Shown: positions 22,917 to 33,459 of the stretch, piece after piece | How positions within the stretch are numbered: the first letter of the stretch is position 1 | How the letters are laid out: each line of letters starts with the position of its first letter | From: Azolla caroliniana | Lineage: Eukaryota; Plantae; Polypodiophyta | DNA: 64,000 nt | Direction: 5' to 3' | Assembly: GCA_043228905.1 (NCBI GenBank) | Contig: JBHGNT010000004.1 | Location: 18,104,001-18,168,000, forward strand | Made by a program: the position numbers and the translations under genes | The notes under the pieces: model-generated | What the model was told of the DNA's origin: nothing | The model's input: only the letters and a program-made list of their open reading frames with translations | Databases searched by the model: none

Positions 22917-24086
22917 CCGGTCGGCTCGACACTATTGACAAACTGCAAGTTGAGCAATCCCGGGAAAGACCATTGGGCTGCCGTGAAATGGATATTTCGG
23001 TACTTGAGAGGCACCTCGAGCTTGTGTCTTCATTTCGGCTCAGGTAACCCCACATTGGAAGGCTACACGGATTGGGACATGTTGGCTGATGGAGATACCA
23101 GCCGATCCACGTTTGGATACGTAATGACGTATGCAGGGGGAGCTGCCTCATGGCAATCTAGATTGCAGAAGGCCGTAGCGTTGTCGACAACGGAAGCCGA
23201 GTACATGGCCGCAGTGGAAGCGGGCAAGGAAATTGTATGGATGAAGGAGTTTATCAGTGAGCTGGGAATTCGGCAGGAAGAATTCCGACTCTATTGCAAT
23301 AATCAAAGTGCCATCCACCTTGCGAAAAATGTCGCCTACCACTCGAGGACAAAGCACATCCAACGGAGGTATCATTGGCTCCGGGAGAGGGTAGAAGAAA
23401 GGGAGTTCGCTCTAGTGAAGGTCCACACGGCCGAAAATGGATCATATATGTTGACCAAATTGTTACCAACCGAAGAGCTGAGCGCGTGCCGACGGAAGAT
23501 CGGATTGGTGCAGTACCCCATGTTGGAGAGAAGGGGGATTTTGTTAGGAAACGGGTCCCTCAGGATGGGAAGAGAAGAGCCGAGTTAATGAGAAACCGAA
23601 ATCGTGTAGACAGCCAACTTGGAGACTATACTTGTAAATAGTCTAAATATGCCCTTATGGGCTACACTTGTAAATAACCCAAAAGGGTGTACTAGTATAA
23701 GTACTTAGGGAAATCATAATATTATGACGAGTTTTTGCGAAAAGGTTACTTAGAAGGTTGTTGCCTCAGTAACTGTGTAACAATAAGTGAGTGAGAGTGA
23801 GAGCATGTGTAACTCTGTAGCCATCTGTTGATGAAGTAGAATCTCGAGGTCGTTGCCTCGGAGCTTCGAGTTGTACTTCTCCTTTTTTAGCATAGTGATT
23901 CTGTTTCTCGAGGTTTGTGCACCCCCGTGGTTTTTCGCATTTCAAGTTTCCATGTTAAAATCATGTGTTTCTGTCTCTTATAATATTTTTGTTTTTCGTA
24001 CTCTGTCTGAGCGCATTCTACTTTACGTTCCTTGCACCCGAACATTCGAACGATCGACCGGTTGTGGCCGGTCACGATTCTCAACA
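22917..24086 (+). mobile_element. 3' remnant of an older copia: RT/RNase H fragment, PPT, 3' LTR 23542-24086
   Basis: ORF 22839..23588 (ALSTTEAEY, HSRTKHI); GAGAAGGGGGATTT followed by TGTTAGG..CTCAACA. Confidence 0.85.
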
Positions 24087-24759
24087 ATAAAAACACCTCA
24101 GCGATTGTGACAAGTGAGGAGGAATTGTTGCTGATTAGTAAGCAAGACAAAGTGAACATTGTCAACGACAAAACGACGTGGGTGGTCGACTCCAGAGTGT
24201 CATTCCACCTGACCCCCAACCAGAAATGCTTCTCATCATACACAACCGGGGATCACAGTTTTGTGAATATAGGAAATAGAGCATGCTGAATTGTCGGTAT
24301 AGGAGATATGCGTTTTTTGACTTCAACTAGGTGTAGACTTGTGGTGAAAGATATGTGATGCATTCCAGAAGTCAGATTGAATCTGATATCAGCCGGTTAC
24401 CTAGATGATGAAGGCTAGACAGGTAGCCTCTAGAACAACACTCTAAAGTTCTGCAAGGGAAACTTGATCATGGTCGAAGCCTAGAAAACAAACACATTGT
24501 ATCTTATGCATGCTCGATTATGTCGAGAGGAAGTAAATGTGGCAGGTGGCATAGCCAATGAGCTATGGCACAAGAGGCTATGCCACATGAGTGAATAGGG
24601 GATGCAGAAGCTTGTCGAGGATGACCTTATACAAGAGATAAAGAACGTGCACCTTGATAAGTGCACCGATTCCTTGGTCGGCAAGTTGAACAGATCCTCA
24701 TTCCGATTTAGGCCCCCGATGAGGAAGAAGGCACCACTGGAACTCATGTATACGGACGT
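24087..24759 (+). pseudogene. Decayed copia protease to integrase-start fragment
   Basis: WVVDSRVSFHLTP, LWHKRLCHMS and APLELMYTDV, homologous to D; several stops. Confidence 0.88.
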
Positions 24760-25014
24760 TGTCGTGAAGAATGTGCTTCACGATATAAAAATGAACTTAA
24801 ATATTCATTTAGAGTATTTGAGAGACTTGAACCCACACCCTTATATACGAAGTACAATATACATACCACTAGTAGAGGCTATTTATTTTTTTAGAAGTGT
24901 TATAGAGAATAGGCTTCATGATATAAGAATGAAGCTAAATATTGTATTCAGTAAAACTGAGACTTGAACCCTCAACCTTGTATACCAAGCACAAGGCATA
25001 CACCAAAGCTAATA

Positions 25015-25078
25015 AAACTAAGACTTGAACCCTCAACCTTGTATACCAAACACAAGGCATACACCACTAAGCTAAGTT
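25015..25078 (-). other. tRNA-like Pol III promoter module inside LTR I (not a functional tRNA)
   Basis: Minus strand: TAGCTTAGTGG (A box) .. CTTGTG TTTGGTA TACAAG .. GGTTCAAGTC (B box) .. TTTT; weaker copies at ~24820-24880 and 24955-25012. Confidence 0.6.
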
Positions 25079-25350
25079 ATTTATTTTAAAAGATATATTT
25101 CCATCACTATACTTATCCTATATCTATTTTCATACATGAGAGTTCAAATGAGCATGATGGCTATCATGCATCACATGTAATGCGTGTGTGCGCCAAATGG
25201 CGATCATGCATCACATGAAAGTCATGCATTGCATGCAGGCCATCCTCCCACACATTACCATATGCATGACAATACTTATATAAAGAGGGGCAAGGAAAAC
25301 AAGAGAGGAATCAAGAGAGAGTTAGAGAAATAATTTGATTAAACAAAGAA

Positions 25351-25410
25351 GTTAGCTCATTTGGAAAGAGGCTTGTGTTTTGAAGTTGGAGTCAAGGGTT
25401 CGAATCTAGA
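25351..25410 (+). other. tRNA-like A/B-box module inside LTR I, sense orientation
   Basis: TAGCTCATTTGG at 25353-25364 and GGTTCGAATCT at 25397-25407, tRNA-like spacing. Confidence 0.6.
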
Positions 25411-26199
25411 GTTTAACGAAAAAAAGTCGTATCTTGTATCAACATTGTACAATTGGTAAAATCGTGTATTCTTAATATAAAGCTTGTTCTTATCATACCA
25501 TTTCAATTCTTCAATCATACATTGTCTTTGTCTCTTATCTATGCTTGTCTCTCTCTCGCACATAAATTGTAAAATTCTTCTTCTTCCTATCCTAATCTTT
25601 CTAACATCATTTCACAAGCCTTATTAAAATTTCTCCAACTCCCTTTAACCTTCGTCACTGTGACTTCGCCGCATGAACCACAACTACCCCGACACATTTG
25701 GTGAACCCGACGTGAAAGTGGCGACAAGGGAAAATGGAGGAGCAAATGAGGCTTATGTGTACGATGATGGAACGAATGATGCGGGAGCAAGGGATGATGG
25801 CAAGCATCGACAATATTCTCGCACGAGTAGGAATCTTCGAAGGTATGAATTTAACAAGATTTCTGAAACTTCCACACTGGGTAGTTGGAGCTGGTGAGCT
25901 TGAACATGCCACCGAATGGATCTTCCATGCTCTTAGACTAGTTTGTTAGGAAATAGTGCTTAGACACAATCGAGTCTCAATCACACGATGGAAGAAACAA
26001 AAAATAGATGTGAGATAACACATGATGTTAACGTAGAAAACCCTAAAAGTGAAAAACCATTGGAGCCCACAAACTCCAACTATCACTATGAGAGGAATGA
26101 TACATTGGGATACTCAGAGGCAACAACCTCAAGCTCTATCTTCGCCAACTGGTGGTTACAACAGAAAATCTTTCTGTATGTGTGTGTGTGTGTGTGTGT

Positions 26200-29100
26200 T
26201 GTTGGGATTACGGTCCCTTCGGATGGGATGGTCGGATATCGGAGATGAATGCCGACAAGCCCGGTTTCGGTTTCGGATCCGGATGACGAAGACCCCGGCT
26301 TCGGTGCCGGATGACGAATGTACCCGGAGAGCAATCCGGATGCAGGGACATATCCGTGAATATGTTCGCTACGAGCCCCCTGAGGCTATAGTTGTAAATA
26401 GCCCAAAGTCATGTAAGTATAAATATGACTTAGGGCAAACAGTTTTTCTGTTGCTCATTATTTTTCTGTTTTTCCACTCAAGAGGAGTGAAGAGGGAGCA
26501 GCCGAGAGAGAGAGAGCGCGAGAGAGAAAGAGGTAGACGCCTCTGTGTATTTCCGCCGCCTGTGGCGAGGACAGCGAGCTCAAGGTCGTCGCCTTGGAGC
26601 TCGTCATTGTATACTTCTCTGTATAGTGTTGTTTGGAGTCTTGTACTCCCGTGGTTTTTCCCCGTTTAGGGTTTTCCACGTTAATCCCTGTGTATCGCGT
26701 CTTTCTCTGTATTTCCTATTTTCTGCTACATTGATCCGCGATTAATCGGTTGTGGCCGAGTGGAGAAGGTGAATCCAAGCGTTGATTCCCAACAAACTGG
26801 TATCAGAGCGTCTGTTGCAGAAAATGGAAGGCGGCGGCAGCGGGCAGCCGATGATGATGGTGCTGAATGCACAGAATTACGCCGACTGGAAGATCAAGAT
26901 GGAGGATCTTCTGATTGTTCGGGACCTGTACGAACCGATTGACAGGTCGGAAATACCGAAAGGGGTACTTGAGTCGGAGTGGAAGCTCCTGAACCGGAAA
27001 GCCGTAGCGACGATCCGACAATACGTCGATGTAAGCGTCCTACAACATGTGGCGAACGACACCAACGCATACGAGATGTGGAAGAAGCTGTCGGGCCTCT
27101 ATGAGAGGAAGAATGCGTTGAACCGGACCTCCCTGATGAGGAAGATAGTGAATCTCAAGTACCGGGACGGCGAGAGTATGGTAGAACACGTAAGCACGTT
27201 CATGGGATTCGTGAATCAGCTTGCGGCGATCAAGTTCCCGCTGGAGGATGCAATGCAAGCCATCATCCTGATGTGTACATTGCCGGAAAGCTGGGAGAAC
27301 TTGGTGGTGACTCTCAGCACCTCGTGCACCGAAGATAACTTGTCCTTACAAACGGTAAAGACAAGTATTCTGAATGAAGAAGCGCGTCGGAGAGATAAGG
27401 AACCGGCCTCCGACCCGAAGATGCTGTTTACCGAATCGGATCGGGGAAGACAATGGAACCGGAGTCCGCAAAGACGGGAGAAGTCGGGGACCCGGTCGCA
27501 GTCAAGAGGAAGGCCAACATGCTTCCACTGTGGGAAGCCGGGGCACTTCCGGAAGAACTGTCGGCATTACCGAAAAGACAACGGAGCCGACGACACCGAC
27601 TCGAAGAAGTCACCGGAGAGAAACGGTGCATACCGGGGAGCCACGGACCGGAGAGGTTCGGATCGGCGAGGGCAGGACCGGAAAGGAACAACGGCACTCG
27701 CGGCAAGTGAGGAAGAAATCATGCTCATCACCGAAGAAGGTGAGCTAAACGTTGCCGGCGATGAGACGACCTGGGTGGTCGATTCCGGAGCATCGTTCCA
27801 TCTGACCCCGGAGAGAAGATACTTCTCATCCTACACAGCCGGTGAGCATGGCTGTGTTCGGATGGGAAATGAAGGTACGTGCCGGATAGCCGGCATAGGA
27901 GACGTGTGGTTGACAACCCCGACCGGATGCAAAATGCTGCTGAAGGATGTCCGACATGTTCCGGAGGTTCGACTGAACCTGATTTCGGCCGGGAGGCTAG
28001 ACGATGAAGGCTACACAGGTAGCATCCGGAACGGTGTCATGAAGTTCAGCAAAGGGAGCCTGATAGTGGCTCGGGCCCGGAAGGTCAACACTCTGTACCT
28101 GATGAATGCCCGGTTATGTCCGGAAGAGCTGAATGTGGCAGCCGACACTGCCGGTGAGCTGTGGCACAAAAGACTGTGCCACATGAGTGAGAAGGGGATG
28201 AAGAGGCTTGCAGAAGACAACCTCATCCCAGTGAAGCACGTGCACCTGGAGAAGTGCACCGATTGCCTGGCCGGTAAGCAGAACCGAACCTCCTTCCACT
28301 CAAGGCCACCGACGAGACGTAGCGCACCATTGGAGTTGGTGCACACTGATGTGTGTCAGGTAGAAACGAAGTCACATGGCGGAGCCCAGTACTTCGTAAC
28401 ATTCATAGATGATCACAGCCGAAGACTGTGGACGGCACCGTTGAAGACAAAGGACCAAGTGTTGTCCGTCTTCAAAGAACTCCACGCGAGAGTGGAAAGA
28501 GAATCCGGCAAGAAGCTGAAAGCGATACGAGCGGATAACGGAGGGGAATACCGAGGGCAGTTCCAGGAGTACTGTCGCTCGAAGGGAATCCGACTCGAGT
28601 TTACTGTGCCGAAGACGCCGGAACTGAACGGGCTGGCCGAGAGGATGAACCGGACCATAATGGAGCGGGTCCGGAGTATGCTGGCGCATGCGAAATTACC
28701 CAAGGGGTTTTGGGCTGAGGCAATGTCGACGGCGACATATGTGATAAACAGATCACCCTCAGTTCCTTTGGACGGAGACACGCCGCAGAGAGTGTGGACC
28801 GGTAAGGAAGTGTCCTACCGGCATCTGAAGGTGTTCGGGTGTCTCGCATACGTGCATGTGGCAAAGGACCGGAGAGGAAAGCTAGATCCTAAGACCCGGC
28901 CATGCATATTCCTCGGTTACGGTGACGACGAGTTCGGCTACCGAGTATGGGACCCGGTCGACAAGAAGATATTCAGGAGTCGTGATATCATCTTCATGGA
29001 GAACAAGACACTCGCCGACTGGGAGTCGGAGAAGAAGATGAAGAGCTCCAAGTCGATCGGTGAGGATCAACTCTACGAGGAGCAGTCCCGACCGGCAAGG

Positions 29101-31505
29101 GACCGGTTAGCACTCGAGGATCCGGCCGAAGACGGTGAAGAAACAGAACCGGCCGAAGAAGATGAAAATGATACCGGAACCGGCCCCGATCCCGAAATGG
29201 ATTCGGATGAAGAAGAAGAATCGGAAGAACCGGTTACCGAAGCTCCGGAACGGAGATACCCTCTAAGAGAGAGAAGGGCCCCCCGGAGATTTCCGGAACC
29301 AGAGCACGTGTTGCTAACCGACGAGGGGGAGCCGGAGAGCTTTGAAGAAGCAAAGCATGACACCCAGAGCCGCAGGTGGTTGAGTGCCATGCAGGACGAG
29401 ATGGATTCCCTGCATGAGAACCACACATATGAACTTGTGGAGTTGCCGAAAGGAAAGCGGGCACTGCGAAACAAGTGGGTGTTCAAGCTGAAACCGGGAG
29501 ATGCCGGAAACCCCCCGAGATACAAAGCCAGGATCGTGGTGAAGGGGTTTCAGCAGAAGAAGGGCGTCGACTTCGACGAGATATTTGCCCCGGTAGTGAA
29601 GATGACCTCCATCCGGACGGTGCTGAGCATAGCGGCAAGCATGGACCTCGAGGTAGAACAGATGGACGTGAAGACGGCATTCCTTCACGGTGACCTCGAA
29701 GAAGAGATCTACATGCAGCAACCGGAAGGATTCGAGAAGAAAGGGAAGGAGCACCTGGTATGCCGGTTGAAGAAGAGCCTTTACGGACTGAAGCAGGCTC
29801 CCCGGCAATGGTACCAGAAGTTCGACTCCTTCATGACCGACGAAGGGTACCTCAAAACGCAGTCCGACCACTGCGTGTTTGTGAAGAAGTTCGAAGGAGG
29901 AGACTCCCTAATACTCCTCCTGTACGTGGACGACATGTTGATCGTCGGACGGGACCAGGTCAAGATACGGATGCTGAAGAAGGCTCTTCACCGAACCTTC
30001 TCAATGAAGGACCTGGGTCCGGCGAGGCAAATACTAGGGATGCACATCATCCGGGACCGGAGCAAGAAGCAGTTGTGGCTGTCACAAGAGAAGTACGTGA
30101 CAAAGGTGCTTCAACGGTTCAACATGTCGGAAGCAAGACCGGTCGGATCAACCCTACCGGCAAACTGCAAGTTGTCCAGCAAGCAAAGTCCCAAGACAAA
30201 GGCTGAAAAGGAGGATATGATGAAAGTTCCATATGCCTCAGCTGTCGGGAGCTTGATGTACGCCATGGTGTGTACGAGACCGGACATCGGATATGCAGTC
30301 GGAGTGGTGAGCCGGTACATGAGCAATCCCGGCAAAGAGCATTGGAACGCGGCCAAGTGGATACTCCGATACCTGAAGGGCACGGCAAACGTGTGCCTCC
30401 GATTCGGCTCCGGTAAGCCCGAACTCGAAGGCTTTACTGATTCTGATATGTCGGCTGATGCAGATACCAGCCGGTCCACATCAGGGTATGTGATGACGTA
30501 TGCAGGGGGAGCTGTTTCGTGGCAGTCGAGGCTGCAGAAGACGGTTGCGTTGTCAACCACGGAGGCGGAGTACATGGCGGCTGTTGAAGCCGGCAAGGAA
30601 ATAATATGGATGAAGGACTTCATTAGAGAGCTCGGTATCCGGCAAAAGGAGTACCGACTCTACTGCGATAGTCAGAGTGCCATCCACCTTGCGAAGAACG
30701 CGGCCTACCATTCCCGGACGAAACACATCCAGCGTAGATACCACTGGATCCGGGAAAGGATAGAGGACAAGGAGTTCGTGCTGACGAAGATCCACACGGA
30801 CGAGAACGGGTCGGATATGCTGACCAAGGTCCTCACACCCGACAAGCTGGAAGCATGCCGGAAGAGGGTCGGATTGGAGAGACATCCCATGCCGAAGTGA
30901 AGGGGGAGTTTGTTGGGATTACGGTCCCTTCGGATGGGATGGTCGGATATCGGAGATGAATGCCGACAAGCCCGGTTTCGGTTTCGGATCCGGATGACGA
31001 AGACCCCGGCTTCGGTGCCGGATGACGAATGTACCCGGAGAGCAATCCGGATGCAGGGACATATCCGTGAATATGTTCGCTACGAGCCCCCTGAGGCTAT
31101 AGTTGTAAATAGCCCAAAGTCATGTAAGTATAAATATGACTTAGGGCAAACAGTTTTTCTGTTGCTCATTATTTTTCTGTTTTTCCACTCAAGAGGAGTG
31201 AAGAGGGAGCAGCCGAGAGAGAGAGAGCGCGAGAGAGAAAGAGGTAGACGCCTCTGTGTATTTCCGCCGCCTGTGGCGAGGACAGCGAGCTCAAGGTCGT
31301 CGCCTTGGAGCTCGTCATTGTATACTTCTCTGTATAGTGTTGTTTGGAGTCTTGTACTCCCGTGGTTTTTCCCCGTTTAGGGTTTTCCACGTTAATCCCT
31401 GTGTATCGCGTCTTTCTCTGTATTTCCTATTTTCTGCTACATTGATCCGCGATTAATCGGTTGTGGCCGAGTGGAGAAGGTGAATCCAAGCGTTGATTCC
31501 CAACA
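26200..31505 (+). mobile_element. Element E: intact Ty1/copia of the same family as D, 5306 bp, TSD TGTGT within a (TG)n tract
   Basis: LTRs 26200-26794 and 30911-31505 appear identical; iMet PBS; PPT; TGTGT at 26195-26199 and 31506-31510. Confidence 0.98.
26824..30900 (+). CDS. gag-pol: Copia Gag-Pol polyprotein of E
   Basis: Uninterrupted; only a few amino-acid differences from D. Confidence 0.97.
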   Translation: MEGGGSGQPMMMVLNAQNYADWKIKMEDLLIVRDLYEPIDRSEIPKGVLESEWKLLNRKAVATIRQYVDVSVLQHVANDTNAYEMWKKLSGLYERKNALNRTSLMRKIVNLKYRDGESMVEHVSTFMGFVNQLAAIKFPLEDAMQAIILMCTLPESWENLVVTLSTSCTEDNLSLQTVKTSILNEEARRRDKEPASDPKMLFTESDRGRQWNRSPQRREKSGTRSQSRGRPTCFHCGKPGHFRKNCRHYRKDNGADDTDSKKSPERNGAYRGATDRRGSDRRGQDRKGTTALAASEEEIMLITEEGELNVAGDETTWVVDSGASFHLTPERRYFSSYTAGEHGCVRMGNEGTCRIAGIGDVWLTTPTGCKMLLKDVRHVPEVRLNLISAGRLDDEGYTGSIRNGVMKFSKGSLIVARARKVNTLYLMNARLCPEELNVAADTAGELWHKRLCHMSEKGMKRLAEDNLIPVKHVHLEKCTDCLAGKQNRTSFHSRPPTRRSAPLELVHTDVCQVETKSHGGAQYFVTFIDDHSRRLWTAPLKTKDQVLSVFKELHARVERESGKKLKAIRADNGGEYRGQFQEYCRSKGIRLEFTVPKTPELNGLAERMNRTIMERVRSMLAHAKLPKGFWAEAMSTATYVINRSPSVPLDGDTPQRVWTGKEVSYRHLKVFGCLAYVHVAKDRRGKLDPKTRPCIFLGYGDDEFGYRVWDPVDKKIFRSRDIIFMENKTLADWESEKKMKSSKSIGEDQLYEEQSRPARDRLALEDPAEDGEETEPAEEDENDTGTGPDPEMDSDEEEESEEPVTEAPERRYPLRERRAPRRFPEPEHVLLTDEGEPESFEEAKHDTQSRRWLSAMQDEMDSLHENHTYELVELPKGKRALRNKWVFKLKPGDAGNPPRYKARIVVKGFQQKKGVDFDEIFAPVVKMTSIRTVLSIAASMDLEVEQMDVKTAFLHGDLEEEIYMQQPEGFEKKGKEHLVCRLKKSLYGLKQAPRQWYQKFDSFMTDEGYLKTQSDHCVFVKKFEGGDSLILLLYVDDMLIVGRDQVKIRMLKKALHRTFSMKDLGPARQILGMHIIRDRSKKQLWLSQEKYVTKVLQRFNMSEARPVGSTLPANCKLSSKQSPKTKAEKEDMMKVPYASAVGSLMYAMVCTRPDIGYAVGVVSRYMSNPGKEHWNAAKWILRYLKGTANVCLRFGSGKPELEGFTDSDMSADADTSRSTSGYVMTYAGGAVSWQSRLQKTVALSTTEAEYMAAVEAGKEIIWMKDFIRELGIRQKEYRLYCDSQSAIHLAKNAAYHSRTKHIQRRYHWIRERIEDKEFVLTKIHTDENGSDMLTKVLTPDKLEACRKRVGLERHPMPK

Positions 31506-31780
31506 TGTGTGTGTGTGTATCAAACAATGATTAATGACAACCTTATGAACACTATTGCCCTAGTTATATTTATACTCATATAACTTTAGGGTTATTTACA
31601 AATATGACCTCAACGGTCATGTCTGAACATATTTATCAATATGTTCCTATCTGTTGGTTCATACCCGATCCGGCCGGATTCCTTCTGGATCCATCCGGTC
31701 CAGTTCCTTCCTTCGGCACGTCTGATCCGGCTCCTCCGGTTCTCATCCGGATCCCATCCGGAGGGACCTGTTTCCCGACA

Positions 31781-32434
31781 GTTATTACTTATAAAGAAGA
31801 AAGGAAAGAAGTGATTATGAGGACTACCCATGGGAAGGAAGGAAAAGATGCATCAAGATGGTGGGATGTTCAACTAAATAGAGGAGGTTGTATTGCCAAC
31901 ATTTCCATCGCCCATCTCAAAGAAAAGGATTTGCTAATTAGAAGAAGCACTCGGTTTTTGGATGCATATGTTTGGTGGGGGTGGATGTCATGTTGCCAAT
32001 GGCACACGATCAGAAACCTCTTCCAAACCAAATAATCTATGCATTTTAAAAGTACCATGAAGGAAACGTGTTCTGAGCTCAACACCCTTCTTTTATGAAA
32101 GAATATAAATACCACTAGGATAACCTATTTTATATATAAATTTTGTATATTTCTAGTAATATAGTCGAATGATCATTATATGTAAGCAAAGCATGAGAGA
32201 CAAGTGTCATCATGCTCTTAAGCTCTTAGTGCATTTGAGACCCTATATAAAGGGCCTCTTTTCTTATGTAAAAGGGGGGCGGAGATTAGGATCACCATCA
32301 TCATATCCTTCTTCGTTTTTTATTGTTCTTCTTATCAAGAAAAGAAACTTGAGGTTTTGAGGGTTTCACTTGTCTTGTTCTTTGTAAGATCATCACCATC
32401 ATCATCATCTTCTCTTCTTCTTCTTCTTCTTCTT

Positions 32435-32465
<31 letters not shown>

Positions 32466-32626
32466 TCAAGTGTAGTAAACTCATATGTTCAAATCGTCTT
32501 CTTTTCATTAACTTGACCATTTGACAATCCTCCATAACGACTAGCGGATAGAGGCCCGGTGCTTGTCCATGCACGTGTGACATGCACATTGCAAAGTTTG
32601 ACACGTGTGTCACGTGCCACGCGACA
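31781..32626 (+). mobile_element. Element L: 3' end, PPT and 3' LTR (31986-32626) of a Trp-group element
   Basis: GTTTGGTGGGGGTGGA then TGTCATG; TATA near 32243; (TTC)n; ends CGCGACA; U5 homologous to LTR J. Confidence 0.7.
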
Positions 32627-33459
32627 TTATTTGGCATACGCAAAGTTCATGTTGGGTTCACCAAATATGTCACATGGTGCGTGACACACATGCCAAACAT
32701 CATGATGTGCGCGGACAAGCATCGGGCCTCTATCCGCTAGTGGTTATGGAGGAGATGATGGGATTTCCGTGCTTGCGGGTCGAGTCGAACGGGACCACTG
32801 AGGTCTTTGATTGGGAAGGACGAGTCGGGTGACTTGTGCTTGTATGGAATCAGCCATTTGGGTTTATCATCGGGTCATTCTTTGTTGTCAACGATGCACC
32901 CAACCTAGACTCAGCAGTGTGGTGGATTGACGTGTAGGCGGCGGTGATGTGGTGCTGTGCAATGTTTTAGCGGGCGACTACAACGGCGAAACAATCTTTG
33001 CCGGTGTTGGTTCCTTCTTGACGAGAATTTCTGAGAGAGAGTGAATTAACACAAGAAATTAAATTGTAGTAGCCGAAGTGACGCACTAATGTGGCTGAGA
33101 GTGAGAGTGAGAGATGATAATTCCAATTCCAGGTTTGAACCTTGACTTCAATGTTAAGAAACAAGGCATGCCACAAATAAGATAACTAGGTTATTTATTA
33201 TTAATATCTTGATTCAATACATAGATTGATTCATTCATCATTTCTCTTCCTTTCTTTCTTATATAGATGCCCCCATGCATATGATGCATGCGAGGGTGTA
33301 AGACATGCATACAATGTATGGAATGCATGTGATGCATGATTGCCATTTGGCGCTCATGCATCGCATGCATTCCTTTTTAACATTAGTGAACATACCCTTC
33401 ACTAATGTAAATATTAGTGACCTACCCTCACCAACATTATGTGTACATAACATACTCCC

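Larger units (their letters stand above)
24760..25868 (+). mobile_element. Element I: 5' LTR (24760-25694), Trp PBS (25699-25716) and gag start; truncated
   Basis: TGTCG..CGACA termini; 18-nt PBS; MEEQMRLM..VGIFEGMNLTRFLK resembles the group's VGRFNGDKVPSYL. Confidence 0.85.
25869..31780 (-). mobile_element. Truncated copia (F-type gag): 5' LTR 25944-31780 split by E, degenerate PBS and about 20 gag codons
   Basis: Minus termini TGTCGGGAA..TTCCTAACA, then aac TAGTCTAAGAGC ATG encoding MEDPFGGMFKLTSSNYPVWK (F: MDESFGGMFKLSGSNYSVWK). Confidence 0.85.

Noticed and set aside
25015-25410. Functional tRNA genes
   Set aside because: Acceptor and T stems pair poorly; kept only as tRNA-like promoter modules
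11915-31505. D and E as a segmental duplication or assembly artefact
   Set aside because: Different TSDs and flanks, and element-specific SNPs shared by both LTRs of each copy
24760-32626. LTR I and LTR L as the pair of one element
   Set aside because: Only patchy similarity, different U5 ends and non-matching flanks (ACGT vs TTAT)
32627-32640. TGGCATACG after LTR L as a second PBS
   Set aside because: L's LTR is preceded by a PPT, so it is a 3' LTR; this sequence belongs to J's leader on the other strand
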